A stretch of 63,352 nucleotides of DNA, filler included, from Gonapodya sp. JEL0774 (GCA_027604505.1; 48 parts of 48 records of this genome joined end to end with filler, not necessarily neighbours in it), one strand, 5' to 3'. Positions 38,709 to 51,714 are shown, counted from the first letter of the whole stretch. Numbers and translations are program-made. Notes: a model not told the origin generated them from the letters alone.

Positions 38709-39284
38709 ATGGCTGCAGACGCCACTTGCGCTTCTCTTATTCTCCATCACTTCGGCATTGGATGCTTCCAACTTTCTTCCCCCCAGCTCCATGATCCCGT
38801 CCATGGTCACATTCCACCAATGGGAATCAATGTTCTTCTTCTGGTGGCCACTATATGGTCGATCGGATCTTCACTCTATATTCTTCTCGGGTTCCTCTCG
38901 AACCTCGACTGCTTCACCAGATCGAGAGGGCCGCACACTCCCCTGACCACGAAAATGGATATGTCCGCGATCAACCCTGCTCGTCCGATTTGCACCAGCT
39001 CTCTTCTTCTTTCCGAGCTGTCTGGCCTCTTCGCCACTTCATCTACTATTGGCCGCAACCACCATATCCTAGAATCGGTTGGGACTGGGTCAAAGCATCC
39101 TTCTGGCATGCAAGCGACATTTCGATGGGCTGTGAGATCACAAGCGCAGGTCTCGGTAAAGACTACACACCCGCTGCCGCAGACCTTTATACTCTCGAAT
39201 GACGTTATGCAGAGCGTTATCAGCGCAGATAAGAAGGAATTCAATGAACAGCTCTGTAAGGAGGTAGATACAGACGCGTTCTGA
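38709..39284 (+). CDS. Hypothetical protein with one hydrophobic segment
   Basis: 191-aa ORF; VLLLVATIWSIGSSLYILLGFL. Confidence 0.35.
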   Translation: MAADATCASLILHHFGIGCFQLSSPQLHDPVHGHIPPMGINVLLLVATIWSIGSSLYILLGFLSNLDCFTRSRGPHTPLTTKMDMSAINPARPICTSSLLLSELSGLFATSSTIGRNHHILESVGTGSKHPSGMQATFRWAVRSQAQVSVKTTHPLPQTFILSNDVMQSVISADKKEFNEQLCKEVDTDAF

Positions 39285-39763
39285 TTCGGTGTTGCTTTTT
39301 GAATCTCACCAAGTGTACCCGAACTATGAAAAGATTGGCGCGGATATTCACGTCCCCCAAAGTTATCAGGAGGACCCGGACGAGGAGTATGCAGATCCCC
39401 CGACATGTTCAACGATCTCCGACTGGGAGTTTCTCACAGCGTTCCCCTATCCGGCTTGGTAACATGTTGAGAGTGTCGAGCGGTGTACTTCGCACCAATG
39501 CAAATAATAATTGACAATAGTGAGAGAGGGAACTTATAAATGTAAAACTAAAACTCGCGAGCACGTATCCTCCAATCGAGATCGCCGGACAGCGAAAAGT
39601 TGTTCTTTCATAAAGTTACGTAGTGGATCCTGTTACATTTATTGGAACAAAATTTACAGATGGNNNNNNNNNNNNNNNNNNNNNNNNNNNNNNNNNNNNN
39701 NNNNNNNTTAATTAATTAANNNNNNNNNNNNNNNNNNNNNNNNNNNNNNNNNNNNNNNNNNNN

Positions 39764-40499
39764 ATCGCCACCCACGGTGTCCGCAACTCGCTTCTTGTTG
39801 CGCCAATGCCCACAGCCAGCACGTCGCAAATCTTGGGCAATAACGAGTGCTTCGAGCCGTACACGAGTAACATTTACACTCGCCGTGTGCTTTCGGGAGA
39901 GTTCCAGGTTGTGAACGGTCATCTGCTCAAGGACTTGATGAACTTGGGTCTGTGGAACGACTCCGTCAAGAACGAGATTATCGCCGCACAGGTGGGCATA
40001 AAATGCTGATGTATCTGTCTCGAGTGCTCTTGCTCATGTTTCTCTCCTTGTCATCGTAGGGCTCCATCCAAAAGATTGCAAGCATCCCCAAGGATATCAA
40101 GGCCCTTTACAAGACGGTCTGGGAAATTTCTCAGCGCACCATCATCGACATGGCCGCCGACCGTGGTGCTTACATTGATCAAGTGAGTGTTTCCATAATC
40201 CGTTGATTGCAACGTCCTGTGTCTCATGTAACCCCTCCTTCACTTAGTCTCAATCGCTCAACATTCACATTGCCGAGCCTACCTATGGCAAGCTTACCTC
40301 CATGCATTTCTACGGTTGGCGCAAGGGTTTGAAAACCGGCCAGTACTACCTGCGCTCCAAGCCTGCCGCCGCTGCCATCAAGTTCACCGTAAATCCTGCC
40401 AAGGTTGGCGCCACCATTTCAGAACAAGTTGCCGAAGCGGAGGCAGTGATTGCTTGCAGCATCAAGAACAGGGACGAGTGCATGATGTGCAGCGCATAG
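39764..40499 (+). CDS. RNR1: Ribonucleotide reductase large subunit, 3' end
   Basis: [36 protein letters not shown], terminal CMMCSA. Confidence 0.98.
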
Positions 40500-41082
40500 A
40501 ATGTTTCACCGGAACGAACGCCATGCACTTGCTTTACATTGCATACAGTTGTGTACATAGATGGCTTCCTTATCATTGCGTTTTTTGTTTAGTCGAGTAC
40601 GAGTATTGTTTATATCAATATACCCCTATTAGTGTAAGCCTTATCCACGAGGAGACTGAATGCCGTTGGCTGAAATGAGTATTGCCTGCAGCCTCATCGT
40701 GCTTATGTCCGGGGATATACCTTCTCGAAGGTAACGTGAAGTGTGGTGGCGTTTTGTGACGTGTGCACAGTTCAGTGAAATACGCCGAGCTCTCTCTTCC
40801 CCGCTGAATATTCCCAACTGACAGTTTGTTTTTCCTGACGGTGCGGCGTGGCGATGGAATTAGCAACGTCGTGCAGTCTGCAGGCTTGCTTAAAATTTAT
40901 GTGTATCCACAAATATGCTTTTCCGCGGGTACAATTACAAAACGAAAATAAAGTCGTAATATGTTCTATCAAGGCTTGGCGTNNNNNNNNNNNNNNNNNN
41001 NNNNNNNNNNNNNNNNNNNNNNNNNNTTAATTAATTAANNNNNNNNNNNNNNNNNNNNNNNNNNNNNNNNNNNNNNNNNNNN

Positions 41083-42301
41083 CCTCCTGTCACTCTTGTG
41101 CTTCCATCTGCGGTACCTGCTCAGCTTGAGCGACTGATGCAAACGCTGAGCCACAGACATGACCGCTTGACGAACCACATTGCTCAGTTCCTCCGGCTCA
41201 CTGTCAAGATTCCTGCCAAAATCGCAGCATCTAGGCTGGAGCCCATCATTCTACAAGTAACAGTACCGCGTACTTTCTCGGTAGAGCAGCTTGCTCACCT
41301 TATTGAGGCCGAGTACGCCTTCACTTATATGCTGAAACGCCTCGGCGGGCCAAATCCCACCTCTCCTCTCTCCACAAATGACCCGGATTTGGCGGTTCTC
41401 GACGTCGGTGATGATCAAGATCCAGTGGAAGTTGGATTGCTCTATGACTCGCACGGGAGACCGCTCAGGTTCTGCGATGTGGTTGGGGATGTTTTGGACA
41501 TGGGTGATTTGATCGCCATTGTTGACACTTTTGAGTGTGAGTATTTATGCGGAATGAAGAGTAAGGTTGATGTACTCCCAGAATGGGAGTGTTTGAAGAG
41601 GAGGGATAAACCACCGTTTTAGCACCGACCAGCTTGGCTGATCGCGGGGAAGGAAATTGTTTCTGGATCCTCGGTCCTTCAAAGTTCACACAGCGGCATA
41701 TTTGTTGTCTATCGCATTGACCACTCCGTTGCCGTAATGTAGCTACGACATCTGTACGCCAAGCGCCCACTACAATTTCGGAACTGGATCTCTTTCACAC
41801 GCTCACCCCGTCCCCGGAATCCCGCAGTGTCTCCACCGCCGGCATCGCTCCCGGCTCCTATGCAGACTTTGCTGAGCCAGTACCCGCCGACGAGATCAAC
41901 TTTGAAGGCTCGAGGGCGCCCGTCGTGTCTGTGGCTACCCTCAGTGACCAAGCCCGCAGTCTCGATGATAGGCTTCGGGCCATGGCGGCGAACGAAGTGG
42001 ATTCAACGGCTACAGCTAGTCAGTTTCTCACAGGAGCTCCATTGGCGCTCACCGTCACAACCGCTTCGCCGGGGGCCGCAGTTGAAACACTTCCCCAGTC
42101 CAACGCCCCTGGTGAAGTCTCTACCAACACGTTACCACTACCGACCAAAACACTTAGTACTCGTGGTAGCAATGCGTTGCGAAAGGGATCCAATGCGTCA
42201 GGTGTTTCGGGCCCCGAAGGGACGGCCGACGAATTCGGGAGGATGAAGAGCAATGGCGAGATGCTGTTGGCAGTGTTGCATAATCGGGTTGGACTTCGAA
42301 G
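41083..42301 (+). CDS. Hypothetical multi-exon protein fragment
   Basis: ORFs 41098-41622 and 41925-edge with a GTGAGT donor near 41537. Confidence 0.45.
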
Positions 42302-42616
42302 NNNNNNNNNNNNNNNNNNNNNNNNNNNNNNNNNNNNNNNNNNNNTTAATTAATTAANNNNNNNNNNNNNNNNNNNNNNNNNNNNNNNNNNNNNNNNNNN
42401 NCGCTGAGTTTATGTATTTCTGTCCCCGACGGGCCAAGAGGGTGTTGGTCACTAAAGAGGCGGTGACTGGTGGGCATCGCATGGTCTTCTCCGCGCGTCG
42501 GTTCAATGTCCCGTTCTTTACCCAATACCCGGTTTTGCATTAGCGCTCATGCCTTACAGCTGCTTTGTGATCGGTCAAATCGCGTCTTTCCGCATTTTTC
42601 TCAAAACCGCACCTTC

Positions 42617-43620
42617 ATGTCCACCATGGGCCAGGTCTTCCACTGGTATCTTCGACGGCTCGTGCGGCCGAATGAGGCATTTGCAGGAATGCTGTGAGGT
42701 TGTGGTCGATGCACTACCACAAGATTTTCGCGGTGAGGTTCTTTGTTGAGAGTAGAACGATGTTGGAATTCACCGATCTCGAGCTTTCTAAAGTTCTCTA
42801 AACTCGCTCGTTTGGTTGGTAGATCTCCTTTACACCGGTATTGGCTCTTTTTACTTCCAGCAGGATTGCTGGCCCATGAAACCTCACTTTAATCCAGATC
42901 CCAAAGCCGAGAAAGTGGGTTCTTCATACATATACATACAGCAGACGTTATTAACTACCCACCGCACATACGTCTTCTTGGTTCCCTGCTCGGTTTCGTT
43001 CATGATCAGGTGTTTCTCGCTGGTCCCACATTCTGGGTGCTCGACTTCCTATCGGCGTGTATCATTCTCCACTCACCGACACCGAACTGCGCAGTTCTCC
43101 TCAGCTCCTCAATAACTGAACCACACCTGGTATCCCGAGTATCACATCACTTTGTCTCGCTGCCGTTTCATGGGGATTCGGATTTTGATTTGGCTTGGCT
43201 GAATGGTGAATCAGGTTACACCAAATGCTTAGCCGAAGCTGGGAAGCTGCTGTGCGTTCTGGAAGCGCTTGTCAAATCGGATTGGAAAGTGAGAGGAGGT
43301 GTGACGATGGTGATGGGGGTGTTCGCTGGTGAGTTTATCGCCTGTAAAATTTTGATGACTACCTACAGTTGATTATTATGATAACTATCCTCTCGAAAGT
43401 TTATCTGTGTGCCTTAATGCATATCCTCAGCTACAAGAATCTGTTGTTTCTTTCGCAAATTCAGGCTCAACCTGGGAGTACCGATTCGATCCCCAACACC
43501 GAATTGGTTTCCCGTGCATATAATATGGCATTGCTGTCAGTACACGCTCTTCAGCTCGTCGGAGAAGTTCATCTGGCTGGGAAGGAATTCGCGGCGCTGT
43601 GTCGACTGTATCTCATGGAC
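42617..43620 (+). CDS. Hypothetical multi-exon protein fragment
   Basis: Successive + strand ORF segments separated by GT-AG intron-like gaps; no family recognised. Confidence 0.4.
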
Positions 43621-43720
43621 NNNNNNNNNNNNNNNNNNNNNNNNNNNNNNNNNNNNNNNNNNNNTTAATTAATTAANNNNNNNNNNNNNNNNNNNNNNNN
43701 NNNNNNNNNNNNNNNNNNNN

Positions 43721-44682
43721 GGTCTTGCGCCGATCAAGTCGTTGCGGATGATGACCACGACCAGGCCGGTGGGTCCAAAGTTCTTTTGGGCGCCTGCGTA
43801 GATCAGTGCGTGACGGGAGACGTCTATTGGGCGGGATAAGAGGGTGGAAGATGCATCACAGATGAGAGGAACGGAAGGATCAATCTGGGAAGTTTTGTGA
43901 GTTTACGCGAACTTTCCATCATGAATTAGGAAAAAAAAAAATTGGGAACCAAAAGAACCACTCACATCAGGGACTTCGAACCATTCCACTCCCGAGACCG
44001 TCTCATTCATGCAATAGTGGACGTAAGCACACTTTTCCGGTGGTGTCAGCTTCCACTCAGATTTCGGAGGCAAGTAAGAGTATTTGCTGTCGCGGGTATC
44101 GATGGGTGTGTTAACAGTCACTCCGAGACGGCGAGCCTATAACGAAGAGTGTGTGATGGAGTGGAGATTTGCATTTGCAGTAGTATCCGAACCAACCTCC
44201 TGCGCAGTCCGCTCAGACCAGTTCCCGGTCACTATGAGATTATTCTAAGTTAAATCTTTTGAAAGGCATGATACACGTCAAGTTCGGCAGCTCACCGAAA
44301 TAATCGGCCGTTTTCGATCCGTCGCCGAGCAGATTATACACGATCGCAGCATTTTGCAACGTTGCACCGCCTTGCATCCATAAAATCGAGTAGTTGTCGG
44401 GAATGTCCAGCAGTGTTCTCAAATCTTTCCCTGCCTGTTTCCACAGAATATCATAGTCCGGGTAAAGAGGCGAGAGCTCCATCGCAGACATCCCTGTCCC
44501 GTTGAAATCGAAAAGCTCTTCCTGGACTTTTGATAGAACATCGTGTGGAATCACAGCAGGGCCTGATCAAGCGAGGGTCCAACTTTGAAAAATGCCTTAC
44601 AGGCCATTGAAGTCCACGAGATGAACTGACCAGGACTGAAATTCCATGCGCGATGCGAAGTACGCTCGTTATCCACAGTCAT
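43721..44682 (-). CDS. Phosphoserine aminotransferase-like class V aminotransferase, 3' partial
   Basis: [49 protein letters not shown] (PLP Lys). Confidence 0.93.
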
Positions 44683-45039
44683 TGCGGTGTTCTGGTAAAA
44701 TTGGATGCGAGAAGCCGCAGGCAATCTAAAAGGGTTCAGTGGCTGAGATTCGCATTGCCGGAGGGCCCGTGAAACTCACCGCGAACACTTCGAGACCGAA
44801 ACGCGATGCCATCAGTCGAAGAGCGATCCGGACCAGTAGAGGTGTGGCCTGTCAAGCGTAAGTTCTTCGGTTAAAAGGATGTCGGCGCGTGTCGTCTCCC
44901 TGTTGTCTGTCACTTGGGCTGCTAGTGATCTTCAATACCNNNNNNNNNNNNNNNNNNNNNNNNNNNNNNNNNNNNNNNNNNNNTTAATTAATTAANNNNN
45001 NNNNNNNNNNNNNNNNNNNNNNNNNNNNNNNNNNNNNNN

Positions 45040-45412
45040 CAAGAGATTTATGTGCTTTGAGCGGCTCCAGGCGACTCTCGAAAAACTCGCATGCCTCTTC
45101 CACGCTCACTGAGGGGAAGGCCAGTGACACATCCCGAGCAAAGAGTAAAATGCGATTTCGACGCTGAACATCAGTGAGGGCAGCCCATTTTCTCCTGTAT
45201 GCTGCCGACGGATCCATATCGGACACTGGATTGGCAGGACGTTCACCCACTAGTATTCGTGCAGCATCGGAACCCCCATCCTCTTGCAATCGATACCACA
45301 TTTCACGAAGCTCATCTGCATAGTTTTCGTGACTGAACGGATTGTGACCATAGCGAGAAACGAGAGCCGGCAGCGTCACTGCACTCGCACTGTAAAGCAA
45401 CGGCACTGTCAT
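45040..45412 (-). CDS. Intronless hypothetical protein, 3' partial
   Basis: ATG at 45412, open to the contig edge; TATATA about 25-30 nt upstream. Confidence 0.55.
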
Positions 45413-45480
45413 GACGGCCCTACAATCTCAACGTTCTATATATGTGCTCCAGTCGCCCTCCCATCTCATATTCCAAAACC

Positions 45481-45690
45481 GAGTTTTCAAAAAGTTTCCG
45501 AATCCCCAATCCCATCCTCATCCCCATCCTCAATGAGTTTTCGAAAAGTTTCCGAATCCCCAATCCCATCCTCATCCCCATCCTCAATGAGTTTTCGAAA
45601 AGTTTCCGAATTCCCAATCCCATCCTCATCCCCATCCTAAAACGAGTTTTCAAAAAGTTTCCGAATCCTCTTCCTCATCCTCATCCCCAT
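45481..45690. repeat. 54-55 bp tandem repeat, about 4 copies
   Basis: GAGTTTTC(A/G)AAAAGTTTCCGAAT... at 45481, 45535, 45589, 45644. Confidence 0.95.
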
Positions 45691-46258
45691 AAATCAATTG
45701 CGCAAGTTCTTGTGTATCCACCCGTAGCAAAGGATGTGTCCTTCTCAGGACGCTTTCAAGAGTCGTTATTGACAGGACTTTTGCAAATCGTTTGATTATT
45801 TTTTTGTGTTGCACCCACTTGTTTTTGAGAACAAGCAGTATTTCAGCCATCGTCCGTTCGCGTTCCCACTCTGTTGTATAGTTCTTCACCCTGTTTGCAC
45901 CAATGATTTCGAGAACTCGAACATTGATGTCTAAGATTTGATTACGTCGGTGCTCATCTGGCTCGTAACTTTCAAGAGACTCTGTGAGGAGTATCCACCC
46001 TTGAAGTGCCTTTCTGACAAACCATTCACCAAGAACACCACCGACCATCATCGTGGTGAGTCGAATTCGACGATGATCCATGAATTCCTCCAACCACTCC
46101 CAAGCCGTTGCGTCCGCTAATGTGATTTTTCGTGGTGCTTCATCAGCTTTTAGATCTTGTAAGAAAAACTCAAGGGCATCATAGTAGAGCTGCAAGCGTG
46201 CTTCTTGCATCGGATTTTCGACTTGGTTCCCATATTTTTGCTGTGCATAAGAGCGAAA
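45650..46258 (-). CDS. Intronless hypothetical helical protein, 5' partial
   Basis: About 200 codons open from the contig edge to TGA at 45650. Confidence 0.6.
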   Translation of the reverse strand, partial: FRSYAQQKYGNQVENPMQEARLQLYYDALEFFLQDLKADEAPRKITLADATAWEWLEEFMDHRRIRLTTMMVGGVLGEWFVRKALQGWILLTESLESYEPDEHRRNQILDINVRVLEIIGANRVKNYTTEWERERTMAEILLVLKNKWVQHKKIIKRFAKVLSITTLESVLRRTHPLLRVDTQELAQLIYGDEDEEEDSETF

Positions 46259-46358
46259 NNNNNNNNNNNNNNNNNNNNNNNNNNNNNNNNNNNNNNNNNN
46301 NNTTAATTAATTAANNNNNNNNNNNNNNNNNNNNNNNNNNNNNNNNNNNNNNNNNNNN

Positions 46359-47511
46359 CTGAGTTTGTTGATTTCGAATCAGTCTCATCCCACGTGTATC
46401 GTTCGGGAATTCGAGAAAGCTTTCAACTCAACTTACGACGAACGGTATGACTGCATGGAGGGAACAGTGGAGTGGTTCGCATGCGGTGAGTCACAGTGAC
46501 TACATTTATCACGATGCGGCAGCTGATGGCTATTCGCGCCATCATAAGATGCCCATTGCATCGACTGCATCATTCACTCTGCCCCAGTTGAAGCTATATA
46601 CACTTACCGTGTTCCTGCTCTCGCTGAAGATTCGAACGGACAGACTCCGGATCAAACAAGTACGCATAATCTCTTACGGTCGGCGGTTCGCGGATACGTT
46701 GAAGATGAAAACACTCGAATGAACCTCGAATACTACATTAAGTATGCCGAATGGTCCCACCGGCACAATTCTTGGGCAAGGTGAAAACTTTTTCTGGTAG
46801 GTGTTGTGGCCATGCTGTGGGTTGACACGTGGTTTGTCTGTCTAGTGGTGCTTGGCTTGCTCGTGCGGGAGATTCGAAGTACAAATTGACCGCCTTCTGG
46901 AAGAAAGTTCTCAAAGAAGAGGAGGAGCGGGGCGATTTCGGGTTTGAACCGATCTGGCCAAAGGCAGTGGAAGAAGTCATCAACTCCGGGTGGTAAGATG
47001 CCGATGAGGTCCCTTCTCCAATCGTCTGTTGCTAATTTGGAACTATTGGTCCCTCAGGCTGATACCTGAGTGCATCATAGACGTGGAATATGGTGACGAA
47101 GATGAACTTGCCGTTGGACCGAGTGAGAACGTGGATCGGGTACTCGTCAAGTGGTTTGAACTTCCTGCTCTCAACTGCACGTGGGAAGATTGGGTAAAGA
47201 TGTTAGAGTTTAACCTTGCGGTCTCGTGTTTTGATAGTGAATTATCTCTCTCAGCCAACTCCCGATGATCCACAATACTCAAAGTATCTGAATTTGTTGG
47301 AGATTTTCGAGAGAAATCAGATGATCAATTCAACTCATCGTGAATCACAGTGGGAGCGAAAGAAACGGCGTTTTGCCGAGATTCAAAAGCAACCCAGTTA
47401 TATCTCGGGTGAGTTCCAGATTGGAAGATGACCTAGGGACGATTTAGTTTTAGTCAATCCTTCATATTTCTCAGGAGGAGAGTTGAAGCCGTATCAAATG
47501 GACGGTTTGAA
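46359..47511 (+). CDS. CHD/Mit1-like SNF2 chromatin remodeler fragment (chromo-like domains to start of ATPase)
   Basis: EWSHRHNSW, VLVKWFELPALNCTWED, KQPSYISG-GELKPYQMDGL. Confidence 0.85.
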
Positions 47512-50325
47512 GTAAGTCGTTACATTTATGGTGATTGATTCTCAATGACACAATTGACGTTGGTGTTGGACTTGATNNNNNNNNNNNNNNNNNNNNNNNN
47601 NNNNNNNNNNNNNNNNNNNNTTAATTAATTAANNNNNNNNNNNNNNNNNNNNNNNNNNNNNNNNNNNNNNNNNNNNCACTCCTTGCTCCAACTTACCCTT
47701 ACTCCACCTTCCCTCCCCCGTCGTTTTCGAACATTCTCTTTTCAAATCCCCGGCGCATCGCAATTGCCGTGCCAGCTTTGCACGCATTTCACCCCTCCAT
47801 TGCCACAATATTCGTCTTGCAAGTGCCAGCGACTTTCACGCCGTCACGCATTGAACAAAACTTTTGTAAGGTGAGGTATGCATCAAACTCTCCAACATGG
47901 CTTCATTTTCCACATCGCGTTCTCCACCGTTCCCATTCTCCATCGCTGCTTCTGCCTCTTCTGTAGTTATCGACGAGACGCACCACACATCACGTCCTCT
48001 CGCCCACCATTCTCACCATTTGCCCGACTGCCCCATATCCGTTCGTCGTGGTGGACAGATAAGACACCGCTAGGACGGCTCACACTCTGGACAAACCCGG
48101 ACGCATGAACAGAACGTGCTGGCAAGTGTGTTCATATTGATGCCCTTAGAACTCAGCTGCAGAACCAAATTTGAGAGCCACTGTCGGACTCCTGACCAGC
48201 CGATGAACAGAAGGCACCTGATTGCGTTGAGCTGTGAGTAAATAAGGTCGCGCAAAACATGCACAGTTACAGCTACTCAAGTGACTGGTTGTATGTATGA
48301 ATGTGAGTTGTATGTCGGTCACGTTTGAGCTTCTCGTGCCTCTATGCGGTAACTCAAAGACTTCGCCTTCCAAACTGAGTCCTCGCAAGATCCGTCGTAT
48401 CCTCCCACCACCACCCCTTCTCGCAAGTGCAATCCCCCAAACACCGCCACTACGTGCCGCATCCCAATTTCCGACGCCTTGTGGACCTCAGCCAACATCT
48501 CCCACCCACCGAAGTTATTCGTGAAGTTGAATGGACAGAGGACATGGACAAGGAACAAGCAGCAGGGACTGGGGATGGAATGTCGTAGTCAAGGTGAGTG
48601 ACTGTGTGACCAAGATAATCAGAACTATCATCAGTGTTCGTTGAAACTCTTTACGCCGGACAGCTCAATATTAGTTGGACAAAGGGACACAACACCATCG
48701 TGGGCGGTCAAATCCTTTATAAAATAAATTGAGGGCTGTTTTTAGGTAGACTTACACATGCTCGTTACTGTAGAGCTGTCATGAAGTGGTATGGACAATA
48801 AAGAATCCATACAACTCAAGAAATAGAGCACCATTTTGCAACGAAGCGTCGTTGTTGTCTTTGGTTATTCGGGTTGAGATTGGATTGTGATACNNNNNNN
48901 NNNNNNNNNNNNNNNNNNNNNNNNNNNNNNNNNNNNNTTAATTAATTAANNNNNNNNNNNNNNNNNNNNNNNNNNNNNNNNNNNNNNNNNNNNAGCAGCG
49001 GGGCTCGAAGAAGTCTTGCGTTTCTTACCAGGACTGGTGGGTGCTTTGGCCCTGCGATCGATGCTTTGTATGCATTGCCCAGCAAATGCGAAATGTGTTA
49101 CTCCAATGACTAGGCGGCTTTCCTGTGTTCATGAGGAACTCATCACACGCCAAAAACAGCATGAGGATGGATAGGCTTGAGAAGGTCCTGCCAGTGATTG
49201 CGAGTGCAAGAGTGATTGGAACAGCCGGAGGCACGCCGCACGAGCGAGCTGTGAGAATATTGATGCAATGGGCATCGCAAACAGTGTAGGATTTGGCCAT
49301 CCACCAAAGGAGGTGATGGGAACGGTAGAGTCACAGAGCAAAGATTGTGCGAGACAGTCGACTGTGGGGTGCCCCGGTCCTAGATATGGTGAGCAATACT
49401 GGAGTGGGCAAGCTGGGGGAGTGAGACGTACTAGAAACCAACCCACCTTCGGTAGTCATCACCAGGATCCGGGACTTCCCTGCTTGCGTACCCTGTTGGC
49501 CGTGTCGAAATCCATGAGTTGCGAGCATCGCTGCGACTGGGATTTAACGAGAAATGAAATCATGAAGCGTCCAGTTAAGTTAATTCTGGCAGTTTTGAGT
49601 GCTTGTCTACGGCAAGATACTCTTCCCATTTCCGATTCCTTTGACCCGGGTAGGTCTCCAAAACCTGACTGGGCGGTCAGGTCTTGCTCCGGATTCACAG
49701 ACTATGTAACTAAATTCTATGTAGGGGATAGAATAATATGATTGGAAGTTGGGGTATGTGTGATGCTGTAATACATATTCGTCCCCTTCATTTGCGCCCT
49801 CTTCCACGTCCCACAACCATTTCTTGATCCCTTTCCCCATCAATCAAATGCTACCATCACGAAAAGCTGCGACTCGCTCCATCCCACAAGTCTTCCGCCC
49901 TCTCTCGCTTTCTCCTCTCTTGGGCTCAGCAAAACTCACCTCTATTCGAATGGTTTCCACCGGCAGCCAATCCACAAATACACATCCGTGGGACCGCCCC
50001 AATTGGCAAAATATGTTGCCAAGCACCCAGGTCTTGCTCTTGAATGCCACATTCCAATCGCTCGAGGAGAGAGTTGGTCGGATAGATGCTGAAAAGCGAC
50101 TCGTTGAGTGGCAACTGCGAGAGGAAAGGCATCGCAGTGGCTTCTATGAGTTCAGATCCGTGTTCGGTGAGGAACAGCAGGTGTTCTGAATAGTTCCCAC
50201 GGAAAGAGCGNNNNNNNNNNNNNNNNNNNNNNNNNNNNNNNNNNNNNNNNNNNNTTAATTAATTAANNNNNNNNNNNNNNNNNNNNNNNNNNNNNNNNNN
50301 NNNNNNNNNNTCAGAATCTCCCAAA

Positions 50326-51527
50326 ATGCTTCGTCCATTGCCACAACCAACTGCAAAGCCGAAAAGAAGTGCGATGAAGGGCGGTCGCGCTCAGGTTGGG
50401 TTGCAGAGGGAGGTCGGGCAACGCAGAGGGTCGAGGCCTGGGTCTCCATCACGACAACGAAAAGCTTCTGTTGGCGAGGTACCTCCGGTACCAGGACCAG
50501 CAAATAGTTCGCCACTGTCAATTGCGAACGAGAGTGTCCGTGTGGAGGAGCGACGGGCAAATGTAGTTGCGATCGCCCCGACATCAAGTACTGTGACTCC
50601 AACACATGCCTCAAATGCAGTTCAAGCCGCGACCGTTTCAGCCACTCGTGCTTCTGTTGCATCGGATACACCGCCACTGCCAAGACCTTCTTCTCCCAAT
50701 AGAGCCTCGATACCATCCCAGACTCCACCAACGCGGAACCCACAGTCAGTAACATCCCCTTCGTCACATCCCGTGCTTCAATCACAAACTGCCAACGCCG
50801 CAGTCACTGCCTCAGCACCTGCCTCGCCTACCCGGGCTACAGCTTCGCAGTCATCTCCGTCTGCATTCCGTGTTGTACCAGTACCATCTGCAACGTCTCG
50901 TACAAGTGCAATAGAACTTGCACAACAAGCTTCCCTTCTTACCTCACCACTTCGAGCATCACAACCATCACAAATGCCACCCAGCTCTGTAACACATCCT
51001 ACCAGCAGTGCACCATCGCAGCTGCAACCCTCTCCCTCTGTAGTGACACCCCAGATAGCTGCTCAACCGGCTCCACCTTCTGTTGCCCAGTATCCCCTTC
51101 ATCAATCGAACCAGTTGCTCTCACCGACTCGACAGTCTCCACCGAGACTCCAGACTCAAACACCATTCCTTCCCGAACCTCCATCACCTGCCCACAACTC
51201 TACTTCTGTACTACCACGTCCAGCGACTGCCACTGTCAGTACACAATCCCAACCTCCCGCGCAAGTTCCCTCCTCGCCTACTCGCATCTCTAAAATTCCT
51301 CGTGCGGAGTCTGGATCCACGGGCTCAGTCGTCGTTCTCCCTTCACCTCCCCCGATTCGGAAGGAAGCGTCGCCACCTGTACTATCTTCACCTACAGCAC
51401 CAACCAGCTCCCCAGCTCGGAGTAGCGTGCCAGCACAGAATCCACCTGCGAGAGTTGCATCTCCTTTATCCACCACCACTGTGAAGCCCCAGCCTCCCGC
51501 ATCCCCAACTGCGGGCAGATCTCCATC
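50326..51527 (+). CDS. Pro/Ser/Thr-rich disordered protein fragment
   Basis: ORF spans essentially the whole contig. Confidence 0.7.
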
Positions 51528-51627
51528 NNNNNNNNNNNNNNNNNNNNNNNNNNNNNNNNNNNNNNNNNNNNTTAATTAATTAANNNNNNNNNNNNNNNNN
51601 NNNNNNNNNNNNNNNNNNNNNNNNNNN

Positions 51628-51714
51628 ATAATTGATGAGATTCAAGTGAGTTCTTTCCGGTAAGCTTTTAGAGAAACACTTCGCAACCAAACCCATTTTT
51701 CACAAACCAGAGTG
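51628..51714. repeat. 87-bp perfect inverted repeat of 52758-52844
   Basis: The contig start is the exact reverse complement of the contig end. Confidence 0.95.

Noticed and set aside
47677..50210. Short ORFs in two contigs (similarly 9323-10552 and 22590-23812)
   Set aside because: No recognisable family or consistent exon chain; left unannotated
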